Below, in pieces: positions 59,560-64,000 of a DNA stretch of 64,000 nt. The translations under genes and the position numbers were made by a program. This DNA is from Lepidodermella squamata (taxonomy: Eukaryota > Animalia > Gastrotricha). The notes beneath the pieces are model-generated. The model saw only the letters and a program-made list of their open reading frames with translations. It searched no databases and was not told where the DNA came from. Where the stretch lies: positions 248,001-312,000 of the forward strand of contig JBLDXI010000038.1 of the NCBI GenBank assembly GCA_047495785.1, read 5' to 3'. Position 1 is the first letter of the stretch. Each line of letters opens with the position of its first letter.

Positions 59560-59768
59560 TGATAATAAAACTCTATAAAATGAAAATGAAACAGATGAAA
59601 ACTTACTACACCAAATTTATTATTTTCGGCTATAATTCTGCCGATCGCACATACTATGATAGGTATAACAAATCACAGCTATAAGCAAAGCTTAAAGCTA
59701 TTGTTCACATTTATAGCCCACAAAATAAGCAAAACAACAATATGCTTTCAAAGTGATTATCACATCAC

Positions 59769-60924
59769 TTATAGTTTCACCGAAGAAGTAATTCTGGCAG
59801 ATACCCGGCCCAAAACTAGCATTTTAGATGCGATGTTAGGAATATTTGTGGGTCTGATAGGAATCGACGTAGAGGATGCACCGTTGACGGAGCTAACCGG
59901 CTCAGTTTTCAGGCTGGGCGCAGACGATTGTGTCGAAAACATACATACAATTTGATTGAGCGGGCATGCGGGCTGGTTCGTCGACGAAAAAGATAATGAA
60001 AGCGAATGAGAGTTGGGACGCGTGGGCAGCATGACTGAGCTTGTAGGGGTCGCAGCAGGTGAGTCAGTTATTGGCACTTCTTGTTCAGCAGACTTAACCA
60101 CTGGAATGACTAAGCGAGATTTGCCAGACTTTAGCCGCTGAATGCGGCCAATTTTAATTGGTCCAGCAGATGGCGCTGCTTCAATGATTGACCCAAGCGG
60201 CAATTGAAATAAGTGAGGACCTGTTGACAACTTTCCAAAGATGAAGTTGGAGCTATTTGATTGTAAATCAGCCACAGGCTTTATATTTGCATCATGGAAA
60301 GGTGTGATTGGATCAAACGGGCCACGAACGTCCGATATAACGGTAACACCCATATCTGAGTTATCGTACCCTTCACTGAAATCGCCGATTTCAAAGTTCT
60401 ACATAATAAGAATGAACAAACTTGTGACAATCATTCAAAATTAAACCTCTTGTGCACCAGAACCCCCTTGACGTCCACGGCCACCGTGCCCACCACTGCC
60501 GCCGCCGCCACCGCCACCGCTCTCTAAGGAAATGCGAGACGAATTCGATCGAGGCGCGTTTTGACCAACACCAGTTTCAAAAATTGAAGCCACCCGATCA
60601 AAGCCTCTTGGAGGACGGCTGAATCGCGGTTTCTTATCGGCATTGTTCTCCAGAGATGGTTCTCGCTTCGTTTCCACGAGTGGATCTCCTACAGTTAAGC
60701 TGACATTGTCTTTGATATTAGCATCAGATGATGCGACATTAACATTAGGTCGAAATGTTTTACGACCTCGATTAGCTGCCATTCCTCTGAAAAATGCAAT
60801 CAAATGTATTCAATCAAATGTTGTCAAATGTATTTCGAGAGCTGATAGGATATATTGAATTAGCTAACCTATCGAGCTGAGGAACCGCCCTGGATGCTGA
60901 TAGTTTCGTTAATCTTTTTTCCAT
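59769..60924 (-). CDS. POLR3D: RNA polymerase III subunit RPC4. Exons 60924-60869, 60786-60447, 60398-59769
   Basis: RKTFRPNV, SIFETG, LFQLP, KIGRIQRLKSGKSRLVI and LVLGRVSARI match the RPC4 pattern. Confidence 0.75.
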
Positions 60925-61199
60925 GAACACTGTATTTAATATCAGCACTATCTTAAAAATTGAAAATTAAACAGCAACCGAAAATTAAAAAGGAAAAAGA
61001 GACGAGGAAAATATAGACATTTCGCATTTTGATAACCAATGAAGGGGTTCAAGAAAACTGGCGATCAAATGTGCTTCTGTGCAAAAGATCAGCTTTCGCG
61101 TATGCGTCCTTTGCGGTGAATCAACTCGGTTCCGGGAATTACCAGACCACCATGTGTAACATCGTGAAGGTCGAGATCGTTAAGACTTGCCTCAAACAG

Positions 61200-61750
61200 G
61201 AAATCCTCGAAAAGGAACTGATTGATCAAGATGACGTAACGGATGGCTTGCTACAGTCTCCGCGTCGGATATCACAGAGTTAATAATGAAACAATATGGG
61301 ATAAAGTTGACACACTAGCGCCACTCTTGATTTGTATACGAAAATATTGATACGAAAATAGGGCCAAACTTAAAGTATCCGAAGTCCTGAGTAAGGCAAT
61401 GGTATCGCCCATATTCAAACAAGGCGAAGCAACCGATGTTGATAATTAATAATCATCTACCTATCTCGCTGCAATCATGTTACGCGTTACGCGAAGTAGT
61501 AAAAGACTATGCACTTGGCATCTGGCCTCGGGTAAGTATTCGCCTCTCTGAAAACTGGCCGCAATGGGTTCCAAGAAAGATAGTCAACCATGGATGCAAA
61601 ACGCAACTATGGCCATCTACACTTTATTGGCAAGCTGACTTCAAGGAAATCTTCACGCTTACGCAACTTTGGTTGACTTCTCTTATGAATTTGATAAAAT
61701 CGATCGATAGTTTATATTTCGTAAGCTGGAAGGGCGACTATCTCTGTCCT
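61200..61750 (+). mobile_element. Highly decayed LINE RT fragment (N-terminal RT motifs)
   Basis: AMVSPIFKQGEATDVDN and PISLQ resemble the A.V.PI.K.G...NYRPISLL motif; many stops and frameshifts. Confidence 0.6.
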
Positions 61751-62299
61751 GTGAGATAGTAATCACTTTGCTGAGCTGCATTATACAGTGAAACGAAGGC
61801 GATCATCTCTATTAATGACCGCTGAATTTAAGACCGAGGACCGAGGGTGGGAAGCAGGAAGGTCCCCGCTTGCATCTACTGTTCTGTCTATACATAGATG
61901 ATCTAGAAGACACGTTCGGCGTGACGGAAGCAAAAAGCCAAAATAGTTCATTTTTAGTTTCGCGATCTTCAACTCAAGTCTGAGATCAGAACGAAATTGG
62001 CACTACCCCACAGTGGATTCCAAGCGCGCCTGCTTTGTTAAGAATTATCCAAGCAACTGAGTTTGCAGTCGCTCTCCGCCCTCTGCCCAGAAAGGAACGC
62101 ATCATCCAACGAAATCGCGTTTCGACCCCAGAGACCGCGGAAACCCCAGAGAAGAAGCCGCCTAAAATAGTACGGTCAAGGTGAGAAAAATAAGTGATTT
62201 CAAAATGTTTTTACAATAAAACTTCAACATTTAGTTAGTTTTAAAATATTTTAAAATATGAGATAAATTAATGTTTGCAGCAGGCGTCGATGGCTTTTT

Positions 62300-62342
62300 G
62301 CTGAGAGCTGAGAGCTGAGAGCTGAGAGCTGAGAGCTGAGAG
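62300..62342. repeat. Heptamer tandem repeat (GCTGAGA)6
   Basis: Six perfect copies. Confidence 0.95.
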
Positions 62343-62549
62343 TTTCCAAACTTCAATCAGAATCCCGAGTGTTTTTCGCTGCCCATTTGCTGACGTTAGA
62401 CCAGAAGCTGTCGTCTTCAATCAATTTAGTATAAATGTACCCACCCTTAGAATCTGTCCATTAAAGCTGACTTGCCTCAAGTCTTAAGTTACGTCCATGC
62501 GTTCGCCTAACCGATTGCACGGAGCTGCGCAGCGGGACCTGGAACAAAT

Positions 62550-63240
62550 CATTTATTATTTATTTATTTAACGATTAAATCCAGTAAGGGAGTCCGAGGA
62601 ATGATAATAAGAGGAAAAGGGCATTTCACAAGTGTCAGGTCAGGGTCTCGAAGATCTGTATTCTGTATCAGTTCCGTTTCATATTCCGTTTTACATATTT
62701 TTAACGTTGGAAAAAATAAATGGCAGGCTGAGCAGGTGGTTGCACATTAGCTGGAGACAGGCGTGATCAGTTGGTGCATTCTGCGCATCAGGCGGCAGAT
62801 AGTTGAATAGCACCGCTCCTCTGTATATGCAAGCGTCTTTTGAGCTTGCTGCTTGCTGCGATTATAAGGCGGGAACGGATAGCCAGTCATTGAAGAAAGT
62901 GCGAGTCAGGCGCTGGTTTGCCTCGAGCGATTCAAGGCATTGCCGCTGGCGCTTCCCCATTGATTGAGCGCTAGGCCAGCGTTGCAAGATGCAATTTTCG
63001 TTTGTTGCAAAGCGAAAGCCATTGGAGCTTTTTCCGAAGGGGTTCGGCAACAATATGTCTGGGCGCCTTCATGATGAAGGCGGAATGCACTATCTTGTAA
63101 CGATTGAAGCATGATTAAAGTGGTCGCAGATTAGTGTCGGCTGATTGGCGAGAACACTGTCGGCGTATCCGAGATGGCTGTACACGATTCCATTTGCCAT
63201 CATTTTAAGCGTATTTTTGTCTAGGTGCTTGTCGGTCAGT
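62550..63240 (-). mobile_element. Decayed CR1/L2-like LINE 3' end
   Basis: KHLDKNTLKMMANGIVYSHLGYADSV and LQSLQDSAFRL are thumb-like segments; (TAAA)n-like tail near 62551-62570. Confidence 0.65.
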
Positions 63241-63257
63241 TTCAAGCCGGAAATTTC

Positions 63258-63405
63258 TCTAATTTAACAGACTTGTCCTTAATCAACTTAGCTAGCTTCT
63301 TCTCATTTTCAAGGGGTTCATCATTATGTTAATCTCTGGATTTAACCGCTTGGAAAATGAGAAGAAGCTAGCTCAGTTGATTAAGGACAAGTCTGATAAA
63401 TTAGA
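63258..63405. repeat. Long inverted repeat with ~60-bp arms and a ~25-nt spacer
   Basis: CAGACTTGTCCTTAATCAACTTAGCTAGCTTCTTCTCATTTTC pairs with GAAAATGAGAAGAAGCTAGCTCAGTTGATTAAGGACAAGTCTG with 1 mismatch. Confidence 0.95.
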
Positions 63406-63515
63406 AAAATAGCCACTCTTAATTGTCTTGATACCGAGTTGTGCTGAATCGTGATGATGACTTCATGTTGTGTGCTTTTCATTTTGACACTAAATGTTTT
63501 ATCTTTTGTTGTTTA

Positions 63516-63548
63516 GCCCTGATGCTGCTTTTGCATCGAAACGTCGGC
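63516..63548 (+). ncRNA. Degenerate minimal (Penelope-type) hammerhead motif
   Basis: GCC CTGATGc TGC-TTTT-GCA TC GAAACGTC GGC, followed by AATAAA near 63564; core A9 is changed to C. Confidence 0.55.
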
Positions 63549-63765
63549 GTTTAACTTTTGGAAAATAAAGATTCATCGTGGTGATCCCGAACAGACTTTT
63601 ATTGCTTAGATACATATTAGAATAATGTTTTTCGATTTATCTCGAAAATTTACGTGGACATGGCATTTTTCGGCGCGAAGTATTATTTCTGTCTAGCGTT
63701 GGTAAAATTTGAATGCGGAAATCTAAAAAGTTTATTAGGAAGACAAAGCGGTTATGAAACAGTTA

Positions 63766-64000
63766 TTAATCATGCATTGGAGCTTCACATTCGATTCCCA
63801 TGTGAGAAGGGGCAAGTTTATAAATGTCCAAAACCTTCAATCCGCAACGCTCAAGGCGCTCTCGCCAATTTTCAGGTGAGCGGATCTTACCACCAAGAAG
63901 CGTCAGCATCAAAATATCAAGACCGCGTTTGAACAAGGATGGCTCATGCAGTGGCAGATCAGCAATGTCCGGCTCGACAATCAACAACCGAGCTGGTTCT
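63766..64000 (-). CDS. C-terminus of a class II SAM-dependent O-methyltransferase (Methyltransf_2-like), partial
   Basis: ARLLIVE...DILMLTLLGGKIRSPENWRERLERCGLKVLDI matches the RLLIVE..D..ML...GG.ER...W..LL...G pattern. Confidence 0.8.
   Translation of the reverse strand, partial: EPARLLIVEPDIADLPLHEPSLFKRGLDILMLTLLGGKIRSPENWRERLERCGLKVLDIYKLAPSHMGIECEAPMHD

Noticed and set aside
62300-62342. Short repeats (this one and 21121-21170) as CRISPR-like arrays
   Set aside because: There are no spacers and the context is eukaryotic; these are simple tandem repeats.

Overview
This is a gene-dense window from a compact animal (invertebrate) genome; most introns are 46-60 nt GT-AG, and I rebuilt the exons by hand. 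Genes in order: 3' part of a nicotinic acetylcholine receptor alpha subunit, INTS1, RPS2, a double three-finger (Ly6/uPAR) protein, NAF1, WDR34/DYNC2I2, a GCPII/NAALADase-like protein, a secreted double cyclase-like protein, SF1, TOP3B, SUZ12, a FAAP100-like ORF, neurochondrin, an ankyrin protein, a mucin-like protein, ALYREF, golgin-45, IVD, an unannotated 82-aa membrane microprotein, ATP synthase subunit d, POLR3D, and the 3' end of a class II O-methyltransferase. Accessory DNA includes three decayed LINE RT remnants, a 2.7-kb PIF/Harbinger-like element (12-bp TIR, TAA TSD), a 174-bp MITE, a duplicated nAChR last exon and a Penelope-like fragment. The top findings are: (1) a complete type I hammerhead ribozyme with a loop II pseudoknot (2102-2158, minus strand), plus a second, minimal and degenerate one near 63520; (2) a four-way-junction RNA in the long ALYREF intron, a candidate autoregulatory element; (3) runs of co-directional genes 67-220 nt apart with splice acceptors just before the ATG, suggesting SL trans-spliced operons; (4) two apparent pseudoenzymes. 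Homology calls come from remembered motifs; no database search was run.
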